Shown piece by piece: positions 40,579 to 50,280 of a stretch of 64,000 nucleotides of DNA (positions are counted from its first letter, which is position 1; every line of letters begins with the position of its first letter). The notes under the pieces are model-generated. The model was not told the origin of the DNA. It did not search any database and worked only from the letters and a program-made list of their open reading frames with translations. This DNA is from Acidobacteriota bacterium (GTDB lineage Bacteria > Acidobacteriota > UBA890 > WLXD01): positions 5,504,001 through 5,568,000 of the forward strand of contig CBDFKD010000002.1 in the NCBI GenBank assembly GCA_965248695.1, read 5' to 3'. The translations under genes and the position numbers were made by a program.

Positions 40579-41214
40579 TTAGGGGCGGCCGCTTGACTCA
40601 CCCACCGCCGCACGGCGGCTGATGTCGAGAGCATCGCGCACATGCTGGGGGTAAAACCCGCTGCCCTGCGAGCCGGAGATCGTGTAATTGTGACGCCCGG
40701 CATCCCGCGACAAGAAGGCGATCTCGACTCGGCCGGTAACTATATCGACGCCCTTACCCTCGGCGTGGGCACCGAACGTGCGATATGTCCAGATGAGCCC
40801 GCTGCCACCGCCCATGGCCCGCTCGCCATCCGGCAACCCGAGGGTCACCGCAATGCGGCCGCGGTCGGACTTCCAGCCGCGGAGCCGCGTGTCCCGGTAC
40901 CTGCGGTTGGCATGGGCAACGCGCTCGTAGAACCCGTCTTTGAACGGGTTGCCCGGAGCTCCGAGATCGGCGTCACGGCGATCCCAGAAACGGGTGATGA
41001 AAGCAGCGCGCTGTTCGGAGGTCTCTAGCGTGTTCCACTCAGCGAGCTCCTCCTCGAGAATCAGGTAGTTTGCCGGGCCATCCAGCCAGCGGTCGGGGTC
41101 GCCCTCGTCGAGGGTCATCGCCTCGGCGGCGGTCCTCGGAAGCTGGTTGGGCGCTGCAGCCGCCGGCCCCGTTGACAGCGCCAGCGTTAGCACGGTCGCC
41201 AAGAGAACGCTCAC
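40579..41214 (-). CDS. GWxTD domain-containing secreted protein
   Basis: Signal peptide, WLDGPANYLI, FITRFWDRRD, ERVAHAN, GWKSDRGRI...GLPD. Confidence 0.8.
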   Translation of the reverse strand: MSVLLATVLTLALSTGPAAAAPNQLPRTAAEAMTLDEGDPDRWLDGPANYLILEEELAEWNTLETSEQRAAFITRFWDRRDADLGAPGNPFKDGFYERVAHANRRYRDTRLRGWKSDRGRIAVTLGLPDGERAMGGGSGLIWTYRTFGAHAEGKGVDIVTGRVEIAFLSRDAGRHNYTISGSQGSGFYPQHVRDALDISRRAAVGESSGRP

Positions 41215-41539
41215 GTCACCCTCCTATCGTTTTCGCACGACGGACGCGATAGACAATAGACCGCGAATGGCCCTGAACGCTCGGCGACCACACCTTTGGC
41301 GACGCCGCACCGACGAGCCCAGACTGAAACCTTACGAATCCCGTCGTGGTCGGCAAGGGAAATCACCTGAAACGGATTGACGTCATGATCCGTCCGGATG
41401 CCTCGGAGTTCAGCAAGCTGGCGGAGCGCTGCAAGCCGTTCCCAGGATAGGGGCTGCTCGGCACCCTCTGACCATCGACGTTGGAGAGGTTGTACGGTAG
41501 GAGTTCGCGACGTAGAAGCACCCAACAGGAGACACGAGC

Positions 41540-41986
41540 ATGATGGACCGTCGACTCGCCCTACTGATCGTGGTGATTCTGTTGGCGGTCGCACCGCCCG
41601 TACTCGCCCAACAGGAAACGGTCGTCTTTCGAGGTGACCCCTTCACCCGCTCTCTGAGTAACATGGAAGAGGACGTGAGGGACGATCAGGCGGGCGTCTC
41701 ACCGGAGCTCGTGATCACGAACCGCAATGGCGAGTACTTCTGGGCTAGTCAGGACGACGCGCAGCTCATCCACTTCGAAGACGGTCCGCACCACGTGTTC
41801 ATTTCTCCGTCGGGCGGGTACATCAAGATCCTGGATACCGAGGCTCCGGGTGCAGAACCAATCCCGCTACCCAGAGGTGCAGGGTCCCGTCGGTTCGTCT
41901 ATGTGGCGCACAGGATCGAGGGAGTTCACGTACTGACTACGTGGGGTTTCGGCGAGCAGATCACGCCGACCCGAGTGGGACTGTAG
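41540..41986 (+). CDS. Hypothetical secreted protein
   Basis: AGGAG RBS; signal peptide ending VLA-QQ. Confidence 0.65.
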   Translation: MMDRRLALLIVVILLAVAPPVLAQQETVVFRGDPFTRSLSNMEEDVRDDQAGVSPELVITNRNGEYFWASQDDAQLIHFEDGPHHVFISPSGGYIKILDTEAPGAEPIPLPRGAGSRRFVYVAHRIEGVHVLTTWGFGEQITPTRVGL

Positions 41987-41999
41987 CCAGGACTGCTGA

Positions 42000-42292
42000 A
42001 TGGAGACCTCCATCAGGACCTCTTTTGGGGGCTCCGGGCTCTCCGTCATACTCCCGGTCGTTTCGCTCTAGCGGTACTCGCGCTGCCCATCGGCGTTGGT
42101 GTGAACCTCGCCGTCTTCGCGGCTGTCCACGGCGTGCTTCTCTCCCCGCTACCGTACGCCGACTCAGTTGACCTGGTATCGGTCACGCTCGTACGCCCGA
42201 ACGATGTTGCTCTCGATATCGGCAACAGACGCTCCAGCCTTGAGAGCGCACTCATTTCGGGGTACCGCAAGAAGGATCACCGCGCGCGGTGA
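42000..42292 (+). pseudogene. Degenerate 5' relic of an ADOP-type ABC permease
   Basis: After a frameshift reads QDLFWGLRALRHTPGRFALAVLALPIGVGVNLAVFAAVHGVLLSPLPYAD, the ADOP/MacB-permease N-terminal signature. Confidence 0.65.
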
Positions 42293-42485
42293 TCGGTGGG
42301 ACGCAGCTCTATCCGCGTGTACCCGTGCCGCCACCGGCGTTCACTGACCGGGCCTGACGCCCCACTCTCCAGACGCCCCGTTCTTCGAGACTCGGGCGGT
42401 GTGCGCACGCTGCTACGGTGCTAACGAGACTGTCTGGCCGACCTGCTTGCAGCGTCTGTGGCGCGAGCTGGCATAAGGGGTTTTC

Positions 42486-45400
42486 ATGCCTTCTAGCTAT
42501 CGTGAAACGGTGAGCCTCATGACGAATCGTCCTGTCCGACGTTGCTTCGTCTGGCGGGCTGCGCGGGCTGCTGTTAGATGCAGCTTTGTAATTGTGCTGG
42601 CCTCCACGATGTCGATCCAGGTGCCTTCGACTTTGGCGACCGATGACCGGGTCGCCTTGTCTGCCGAGGCCCCTCAGGTGCCGGAGGGGATCACCAGTCC
42701 GGAGTGGGGGCAGCTGCGTCGCCAGATCGAGGCGGCGCAAGACGCCGTGCGCTGGGAGCGTAGTGGCGCAGGCACGGATGAAGGTACGGATGCCGGGAGC
42801 TGGCAGGCGGCAAACCGTGCTCACCGGCTCGTCACTAGCTTCGACGAACACGGGATTCAGATGCGCCCGAACGGCAGCGACGACACTGTGTCTTGGGAGC
42901 TATCGCTGCGGCTGCTGGAGTACGGGTACGAAGGTGCCATGGTGTCGGCACGGGCGGCTGATCCGCAGGGGTACGGGCGTCGGGTGCGTTACGACCGCGG
43001 CGATCTGAAGGAGTGGTTCGTCAACGATTCCCGCGGGCTGGAGCAGGGGTGGACGCTGGTGCAACGTCCCGAGCCGCCGGCTGCCGCTGGCGGATCGCAA
43101 CCAGACGAGTCTCCCCTGAGGCTGCGGCTACAGGTGGGCGGGTCGTTGCGACCACACAGCATCGACAGCTCGGCGGTGGCCCTTGTCGATGCCGACGGCG
43201 AAGCGATGCTGCGCTACGGCGGCCTGGTTGCCTGGGATGCGACGGGCGAGCCGGTGGCGGCCCGTATGACGGCCGGCGCGTCGGAGATTTGGATCGAGGT
43301 CGAGGATGCCGAGGCGAGCTATCCACTGACCGTCGATCCGTTCTTTCAACAGGCCCAGCTCCAAGCCTCCGACCGGGAGGATGACGACGATTTCGGCGAT
43401 GCGGTGGCGATCTCGGGCGACACGGCGATTGTCGGGGCCCCTGAAGAGGACACCGGGGGCGGGGGCGCTGGCGCAGCCTACCTCTTCGACCGTCACCAGG
43501 GAGGCACCAACCTCTGGGGACAGGTGGCCAAGATCCAGGCCTCCGACAGGGAGGCTGGCGACGATTTCGGCGAGTCGGTGGCGATCTCGGGCGATACGGC
43601 GATTATCGGGGCCGATGACGAGGACACTGGCGGTAACGGCGCGGGTTCAGCCTACCTCTTCCGCCGTAACACGGGAGGCGCGAACAACTGGGGACAGGTG
43701 GCCAAGATCCAGGCCTCCGATATAGAGGCTGGCGACGACTTCGGCGAAGCGGTAGCGATCTCGGGCAATACCGCCGTCGTGGGGTCCAAGTTCGAAGACA
43801 CCGGGGGCAGCGATGCCGGCGCTGCGTATGTGTTCGATCGCAATCAGGGGGGCGCGAACAACTGGGGACAAGTCAGGAAGATCCAGGCCTCCGACAAGCA
43901 GACGGACGACGAGTTTGGAGAATCTGTGGGGATCTCCGGCGACACGGTCGTCGTCGGGGCTGACCACATCGCTGTCCGCAAAGGCGCGGCATACGTGTTC
44001 GCTCGCACTAAAGGGGGCGCGAACAATTGGGGACAGGTGGCCAAGCTCCAGGCCTCCGACGGGGTGGATGGTGACGATTTCGGAGAGTCGGTAGGGATCG
44101 ACGGCGACCTCGTTATCGTCGGTGCGGAAGACAAGGCCGCCCAGGTTGGCGCGGCATACGTGTTCGGTCGCAATTGGAAGGGTACGAACGCCTGGGGACA
44201 GGTGGACAAGCTGCTGGCCTCCGACGGGGTGGCTGGCGACGAGTTCGGCATGTCCGTGTCGATCTCGGGCGCTACCGTCATCGTCGGCGCTCCCGACAAC
44301 GACACCGGGGGCCTCTCCGCGGGGGCAGCATACGTGTCTGTTTTCTTACAGGCGCCAGTGGCTGCGGACGACAACTACACGACATCCCAGGACACGCCGC
44401 TGGTGGTGCCGGCAAGTACGGGCGTGCTGTCCAATGACACCGACCCAGATGGCGACGCCCTGACAGCGATCCTCGAAACCGGCCCGACCAACGGCACGCT
44501 GGCGCTCAGCAGCGACGGATCGTTCACCTACACCCCCAACGCGGGGTTCGTAGGCACCGACTCGTTCACGTACGCGGCCAACGACGGCGACAGCAACACC
44601 AACAACTCCAAGACTGCGACGGCGAGCATCGAGGTCGGTGCCATCGGTGTGGGCCCGGCAGCCAACGACGATGCGTTCTCGACGGTTCAGTTCGACCCGC
44701 TGGCGGTCAACGGCGTGCTCGACAACGACACCGGCACAGCCCTCACGGCCGCGCTGGTATCGAGCACCACGAACGGCACGCTCAGTTTGAGCGCCGACGG
44801 CTCGTTTACGTACTCTCCAACGGGTTCGTTCTTCGGCACCGACTCGTTCACCTACCAGGCGGTGTCGGGCGGTGTGGCCTCCAACGTGGCCACGGCTACC
44901 ATCACGGTGGCGGCATGCGCCACCGGCATCACCTCTGCTGACAAGGGAGTGGGCGATAGGGCGGCGACGTTTTCTGTCGGGGTGACTTCCAATGGCAGCC
45001 GGTGTCCCTGGACTGCGAGCAGCGACGTGAACTGGATCCAGATCCTGAGCGCGACGCGCTCGCTGAGCGCATCGGGACCCGGATCGGTGACCTTGCAGGT
45101 GATGCGCAACGAGACAGCGATAGGCCGCAACCGCAGGGTGCGGATCGCGGGGGCGATCTTCACCGTCAAGCAGGGTCCGGCCCCGTGCACGTTCGCCCCC
45201 TCGGTGATCACGCAGAGCTTCACGGCCGAGGGAGGCGACAGCTTCTTTGGGGTGGACACACTGGAGGGATGCGAGTGGACCGCCAGCAGCGACGCACGCT
45301 GGGTGCAGATCCTGGACAACGCCCGCACCGGCGACGGACAGGTGCGCTACACGGTGAGCTCGACGCGCGGAGATCGCCGCAGAGCTACGATCAGCTTCGG

Positions 45401-46280
45401 CGACAGCTCCCACAACGTGGTGCAGCTGGGGCGCCGCTCAGCGGACCATCCCGCGCCGCCGAAGCGCATGCAGCTAGAGGTACGCAATTCCGGCACGGTG
45501 AAGGTGAGCTGGAAGGACAAGGCCGACAACGAGACTGGCTATACGGTGCAGCACAACGACGCCGTGGCGGTGCTGGCGCCGAACCGGGAGATGTACCTGG
45601 ATACGGAAGCAGTGGCCGGCAAGGCCAACTGTTACACGATCCAATCGTTCAACGACGCGGGCATGTCCGGGCCAGTGAAGGCGTGCATCGGGATACCCGC
45701 GAGCCGAGCCACCCGTGCGGGGGCGGAGGCTCGAGCGGTCGACGTACCGGAGAGGCCCCACTACATCACCGCGCCGGCTAGGCGGGTCATGGTGGATGCT
45801 GAGGCGGGCCCATTGCCGACGCTACCGACGGTGCGCATCTACAAGGCGTACGAGCCTTGGGGTGAGGCAACGGTGGAAGCGGCGCTAGAGGCGCGAGGCT
45901 ACGTGCGGGGCGAGAGCCTGTTCGTTCATCCGATGCGCGAGCTGGCGGCGGGCATTCCCGAGAACACCCGCATCGTCATGATCCCGTCGGCCAGCGATGG
46001 CGACCGGCTAGGGCAGGTGAGCGCCGTGAACGCCGCGCCGGCCCGCAAGGCGCTGCGGAGGTTCGTCAAGACCGGCGGCAATGTCGTGTTGCACCGCTTC
46101 TCGCAGGGGGCGGCATACCATATTCCGGTAAGGGCGCCGCGCCCCGGGCGCCTGGGTGGTTATGACGTGCACGGGCGCGGAGCCGGAGCAGTCTACGCGA
46201 CCGACAAAGCCGTTGATCACCCGGTGGCCGGGGAGGTTGCCCGGCTGCTGGAGCGCATGCTGGATCGTCTCGTGCGCTAG
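42486..46280 (+). CDS. Large secreted adhesin-like protein: FG-GAP propeller repeats, two Big_9/cadherin-like, two BACON-like and FN3-like domains
   Basis: Repeats of QASD...DDFGxxVAISGDTxxVGA; PVAADDNY...GVLSNDTD...DGSFTYTP; CxWTASSDxxW; start uncertain. Confidence 0.85.
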   Translation: MPSSYRETVSLMTNRPVRRCFVWRAARAAVRCSFVIVLASTMSIQVPSTLATDDRVALSAEAPQVPEGITSPEWGQLRRQIEAAQDAVRWERSGAGTDEGTDAGSWQAANRAHRLVTSFDEHGIQMRPNGSDDTVSWELSLRLLEYGYEGAMVSARAADPQGYGRRVRYDRGDLKEWFVNDSRGLEQGWTLVQRPEPPAAAGGSQPDESPLRLRLQVGGSLRPHSIDSSAVALVDADGEAMLRYGGLVAWDATGEPVAARMTAGASEIWIEVEDAEASYPLTVDPFFQQAQLQASDREDDDDFGDAVAISGDTAIVGAPEEDTGGGGAGAAYLFDRHQGGTNLWGQVAKIQASDREAGDDFGESVAISGDTAIIGADDEDTGGNGAGSAYLFRRNTGGANNWGQVAKIQASDIEAGDDFGEAVAISGNTAVVGSKFEDTGGSDAGAAYVFDRNQGGANNWGQVRKIQASDKQTDDEFGESVGISGDTVVVGADHIAVRKGAAYVFARTKGGANNWGQVAKLQASDGVDGDDFGESVGIDGDLVIVGAEDKAAQVGAAYVFGRNWKGTNAWGQVDKLLASDGVAGDEFGMSVSISGATVIVGAPDNDTGGLSAGAAYVSVFLQAPVAADDNYTTSQDTPLVVPASTGVLSNDTDPDGDALTAILETGPTNGTLALSSDGSFTYTPNAGFVGTDSFTYAANDGDSNTNNSKTATASIEVGAIGVGPAANDDAFSTVQFDPLAVNGVLDNDTGTALTAALVSSTTNGTLSLSADGSFTYSPTGSFFGTDSFTYQAVSGGVASNVATATITVAACATGITSADKGVGDRAATFSVGVTSNGSRCPWTASSDVNWIQILSATRSLSASGPGSVTLQVMRNETAIGRNRRVRIAGAIFTVKQGPAPCTFAPSVITQSFTAEGGDSFFGVDTLEGCEWTASSDARWVQILDNARTGDGQVRYTVSSTRGDRRRATISFGDSSHNVVQLGRRSADHPAPPKRMQLEVRNSGTVKVSWKDKADNETGYTVQHNDAVAVLAPNREMYLDTEAVAGKANCYTIQSFNDAGMSGPVKACIGIPASRATRAGAEARAVDVPERPHYITAPARRVMVDAEAGPLPTLPTVRIYKAYEPWGEATVEAALEARGYVRGESLFVHPMRELAAGIPENTRIVMIPSASDGDRLGQVSAVNAAPARKALRRFVKTGGNVVLHRFSQGAAYHIPVRAPRPGRLGGYDVHGRGAGAVYATDKAVDHPVAGEVARLLERMLDRLVR
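43515..44230 (+). repeat. Intragenic direct repeats encoding FG-GAP blades (period 165-174 bp)
   Basis: TGGGGACAGGTGGCCAAGATCCAGGCCTCCGA-like units at ~43515, 43689, 43863, 44028, 44193, all in frame. Confidence 0.8.
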
Positions 46281-46423
46281 CGTGTAGCTTGCAGATAGGT
46301 GACTACGAATCACGATTCAACGTCGCGTCGCGTGTGCGGTACACCTCCCCATACCGCCGACACCGAGCTGCGGGCGGCATGGCGACCGTCTACCTGGCCG
46401 CCTCGAGCACCTCGCCGTAAGCC

Positions 46424-48493
46424 CTAGAAGTTATTCGGATAGTCGCCGGGTTCGCCGGCGTGCATACTTTCGGACCACTGCCAATCGAACACCGGCCGAA
46501 CCACGTTGCAGATGAGCTCGTTCACGGCGCGGTGGCTTTGCTGCCACGCCGCGTTGGTGAGCGAAACCCACGCGGCATCCGAGTTCGAGATCGTAATCCG
46601 ACCGAATTGCTGACGACCGACCACCCATGGGGCATCCATGCGATGCGCCCAGTCGGGATCGTACAGCTCATTCGACCCGGGGGCGTACGCATGACTCCAG
46701 CGGTTGATGATGATGCCCGCGACATCGCGCTGTGAGTCAAAGCCACCAGGTCCCAGGACGCGATCGAGCTGGTCGCGGATGTTGCGCTCGAACGTTTCGA
46801 AGGTGATCTGCTGCAGCTCGGCCCGGCTGGCCTTCCATTGTTCGCGCGGCGGCAGCCCGGAGCCCGCCTTCTCCAGGATGCGAGCGGTGAGGCCCATCCG
46901 GACGACAATCGGTTCGTCCGGCGAGGACGCGTTCTGATATCCGCCGATGGCCGCCGGGACGGCGAGCCCGATCGACTCATAGAACATGCCTGGGCAGCTG
47001 ATCGACGAGACGCCCAGCTTCTGGAACGCACGCCAGTTACGGATGGCCACGTTGGTCGCGACGAGCGGCTTCCGCACCGCCATCCGTAGCGCCTCCTTCT
47101 GCGTCTCCGGCAGGTCCGGCACCATATGGGGCACGATGTTGTTGGGGCAGGCCATCACGACGCCGCGGGCGCGGACGGTGTGGGCTCTGCCGTCATGCAG
47201 ATAGGCCACCTCGACTTCCTTGGCCGTCATAGGGTCGCCCAGGTGCCTGGCGCGCATCCCCATGCTCGACAGACGAATGCGCACATCGTTCGTCGGACGG
47301 TCCAGGGCGTCGTAGTCGATATGTTGCAGGACCGAATCATCGGCCGTGCGGCCTGGCAAGGCGTCCGGTATCAGCCACCGGACCAAGAGCCGCGCCGCGG
47401 TGGTCGCGTTGTCGGGCCAGGCGATGTTCCGCCCCGGGTCTTTGACCAGGTTGGACAACTGCGAGGCGGGCGGGAGGGACATCCCGTTGAAGCCGGGCGC
47501 GCCTTTCCGCCAGGCATACCAGGCGCTATAGGTATCCGGACCGGCGGTCTGGTTGGTCCCGCCCGTGCCGCCCACCGAGAGGACATGGGCTACCGCGTCG
47601 GGATGGATCTTGACGACCTTGCTCGCAAAGTCGATGTAGCTCATTTTCTTGAGCTGCTCGACTTTATCCGCGGTCGGGACGCCGGGCATCCAGTCGCGGT
47701 GCTCGGTGAACAGCTTCAACAAGCCCTCTCGGGTGCCGGCTGAATACGGCGTCTGGGCAAAGAACTCGGCGAACCGAGCACTCGTCGTCCCTTCCTCGCC
47801 CCTGGTTCCCCGGAGGCCCAATTCGGGCGGTGGGTCCATAATGAGCCGGTCCTCACCAGAGGACTCCTTGTCGAAGAACACCGCTCGCCGGAGACCCAAC
47901 TTTCGCGGGGCGTTCGGGTTCTTGGCCACTTCTCTATCGTGGTGCGCGCGGTCGATCCCGATATCGCGCATCAGCTCCTGTGCCTCGGGCGTAAACGTAT
48001 TCGGACGCCAGAGGGCGGCGGTGCCGCCGCCCGCGATCAGGCGCTTGCCGTCCACCATGAATTCGTTGCGCACGGCGTGGCCCCCGAAATCCTCGCACGC
48101 ATCGATCAGCAGGACCTTCGAGTGCGGGATCTGCTTCCGATAAAAATAGGCGGCGCCAAGTCCGGCCATGCCGGCACCAACGACAACCAGGTCGTAGAAC
48201 TCGCCGGTATCGACCGGGGCGCTGAACGCTTGCCCGTCGCGGACGGCATGCCCCGCATTCATGGCCGCGTCAGTTTGCCCGCGGAGCCCTGTGATGCTGG
48301 GTGGATAATCCGAAGGCGGCGGTGACGGCAGCGGCAGTTGCGGGGATGCCGTCTGCGCATGCGCGGGGGTGGCGCCTGCCAGAGTGGAGACCACCATCGT
48401 CCCGCCGACGGTCACGGCCACGCCGTCCAGGAAATCCCGCCGTGAGATTTCTGCATCCATGCCGAGTGCGCGATCACGCTTCTTCTTGTTCAT
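46424..48493 (-). CDS. Tat-exported FAD-dependent oxidoreductase, spermidine dehydrogenase (SpdH)-like
   Basis: SRRDFL Tat motif, YPPSITGLRG, VVGAGMAGL, DFGGHAVRNEF, NRWSHAY, ISNSDA. Confidence 0.78.
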   Translation of the reverse strand: MNKKKRDRALGMDAEISRRDFLDGVAVTVGGTMVVSTLAGATPAHAQTASPQLPLPSPPPSDYPPSITGLRGQTDAAMNAGHAVRDGQAFSAPVDTGEFYDLVVVGAGMAGLGAAYFYRKQIPHSKVLLIDACEDFGGHAVRNEFMVDGKRLIAGGGTAALWRPNTFTPEAQELMRDIGIDRAHHDREVAKNPNAPRKLGLRRAVFFDKESSGEDRLIMDPPPELGLRGTRGEEGTTSARFAEFFAQTPYSAGTREGLLKLFTEHRDWMPGVPTADKVEQLKKMSYIDFASKVVKIHPDAVAHVLSVGGTGGTNQTAGPDTYSAWYAWRKGAPGFNGMSLPPASQLSNLVKDPGRNIAWPDNATTAARLLVRWLIPDALPGRTADDSVLQHIDYDALDRPTNDVRIRLSSMGMRARHLGDPMTAKEVEVAYLHDGRAHTVRARGVVMACPNNIVPHMVPDLPETQKEALRMAVRKPLVATNVAIRNWRAFQKLGVSSISCPGMFYESIGLAVPAAIGGYQNASSPDEPIVVRMGLTARILEKAGSGLPPREQWKASRAELQQITFETFERNIRDQLDRVLGPGGFDSQRDVAGIIINRWSHAYAPGSNELYDPDWAHRMDAPWVVGRQQFGRITISNSDAAWVSLTNAAWQQSHRAVNELICNVVRPVFDWQWSESMHAGEPGDYPNNF

Positions 48494-49077
48494 GACATAT
48501 CTCCTGTCAACAAGATCACGAAGGCCCCAAGTCGCTTGCCCGGGGAAGGCCAACCGCCCGAGGTTCGGATCCAGTCCGTTGGTGTGACAGATGCTACGCC
48601 AACGAAAGCCCACTGCGACATGTAGATAGGGCTCGGATGCAAGCACGGCGTCGCCACTATGTCCAGGCCGAGCGCTAGGGCCGCACCCCGCATGGTGGTG
48701 ATGCCGAGATGCTGCGTAACGTGCAGTTCTGGACCATGTAAAGCCGATCCACGTCGCTCTCAACTGGTTCGACGAGCTGAAGCGGCACGTGCGACGGACC
48801 GGTAGTTCCCTATCCCACCCTCGCGAGCCGCGCCACGTACTCAGTATGCGGTTCAACATCCTGGCCGTCGGCGAAACCGCCTATTGCACATCCGCACCGG
48901 CGGACAAGTGATATACGCGCTCCGCCGGATGGCGACGCGGCGCCGACGCCCCTAGGTTCGGACCTCTGGACGATTGTGGTCCGCACATGGAGCTGCGGCC
49001 CGCCACGATACTGCCACCCTAGCCATCTTCATCGCACGTCACTAATTTCCGGCCAAACGCCGCGAATGGAGAAAAAG

Positions 49078-49818
49078 ATGAAACGGAATGTACTAGTACT
49101 TGCCACCATCGTCGTCGCGATCGCCGCGATCGGGTCGGGCTTCGCGCTCGCAGCCGGTGGTGAGAGCAGAACCCTCAGCGCAACGGCGGGAGGGAACCGA
49201 ACGCAGCTCAAGTTCGCCGCCGTCGACATGTTCATGCATGTCAACGCAGCCGAGGGCTTCGCGAGTCTCGGGCTCGACGTTGAAGGCGAGCCAGTCCGCC
49301 GGGTCAAGATCTTTGGCCCGAACGGCCGCAAGATCCTCGACGTCAGCACCCGGCGCACGCTGCGCCGCAACGGTCTCAACATCCTCGGGTTCGGACACGA
49401 TCAATCTTTCGACGAGCAGCCGCTTGATCGATTCAAGAAGAAGTTCCCTGCGGGCAAGTACACGGTACGTGGCGTCACCGCCGATGGTCGTGTCATCACC
49501 GGAAAGGTCATGTTCAACCATCGCATCCCGGAGAAGGTTAGCGTGACCGCACCGGCCGAGGACGCAGTCGTAACCGCCGGCGAGCCGCTGGTAGTCAGCT
49601 GGGCGCCGGTCACACAGCCAGCCGGCATCGAGGTCGAGTTCTACGGGGTGATCGTCACCGGCGACACGACAGATGTCGACGTGACGCTGCCACCCAACGC
49701 GACAAGCCTGACGGTCTCGCCAGAGGTCCTGCTCCCGGGCGACTACACAGTCGCCGTGGTCGTGATCGACCAAGGCGCTAACGAGATCCTTTCTGAGGTG
49801 CCGTTCACCGTCCAGTAA
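49078..49818 (+). CDS. Hypothetical secreted protein with C-terminal Ig/FN3-like domain
   Basis: MKRNVLVLA signal peptide with GGAG RBS; VVSWAPV...Y...PGDYTVAVVV beta-sandwich pattern. Confidence 0.65.
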   Translation: MKRNVLVLATIVVAIAAIGSGFALAAGGESRTLSATAGGNRTQLKFAAVDMFMHVNAAEGFASLGLDVEGEPVRRVKIFGPNGRKILDVSTRRTLRRNGLNILGFGHDQSFDEQPLDRFKKKFPAGKYTVRGVTADGRVITGKVMFNHRIPEKVSVTAPAEDAVVTAGEPLVVSWAPVTQPAGIEVEFYGVIVTGDTTDVDVTLPPNATSLTVSPEVLLPGDYTVAVVVIDQGANEILSEVPFTVQ

Positions 49819-50073
49819 GGCACACCGCCTGCACATAGCGGCTCGTCTACGGATTTCCTCCGCTACCAGTAGATTTGGCCTGGGCCATACAGCGGCGTGC
49901 CATGGGGTGTCGCGGCGCGTTCAGCACCCTGGAGGTTCCTGGCCTTCTTCCGCGCCTTGCGCCCAAGATCGCTTGGGGCCAAATTGGGGCCAAGAAACAC
50001 CCTGAAACACTTCCTTTTCGAGGCATAGACCCCCACCAAGACGCCCTCTCCACGGGGCACTGTAAACACCTTG

Positions 50074-50280
50074 TTATCCGTTCTCGGTGCTACGTAGCGC
50101 CCTCGTGGGCTCTGGTGCCAAGTTGGTGACATCGACCTGTTCATCGCGGCGCAATAGTGCGCTCCATTGCGCCGACGCGACACGCACCTTCCGGTCGTCT
50201 GGATGCACGTAGAGCATCGTCGTCTTGATGTCCTCGTGGCCCATCGAGAGCTGCGTTCCCACGAGGTCTTCCTGCGCCAT
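50074..50280 (-). pseudogene. C-terminal relic of a tyrosine recombinase/integrase truncated by IS3
   Basis: QLSMGHEDIKTTMLYVH matches the box II GH-x-x-I-x-TT-x-x-Y catalytic motif. Confidence 0.75.

Noticed and set aside
43515-44230. Regularly spaced ~30-bp repeats resembling a CRISPR array
   Set aside because: Period is 165-174 bp, in frame within a CDS, the intervening sequences are homologous, and there are no cas genes
48494-48859. 122-aa N-terminal extension of the oxidoreductase in the ORF track
   Set aside because: The Tat motif and AGGAG RBS place the start at 48493
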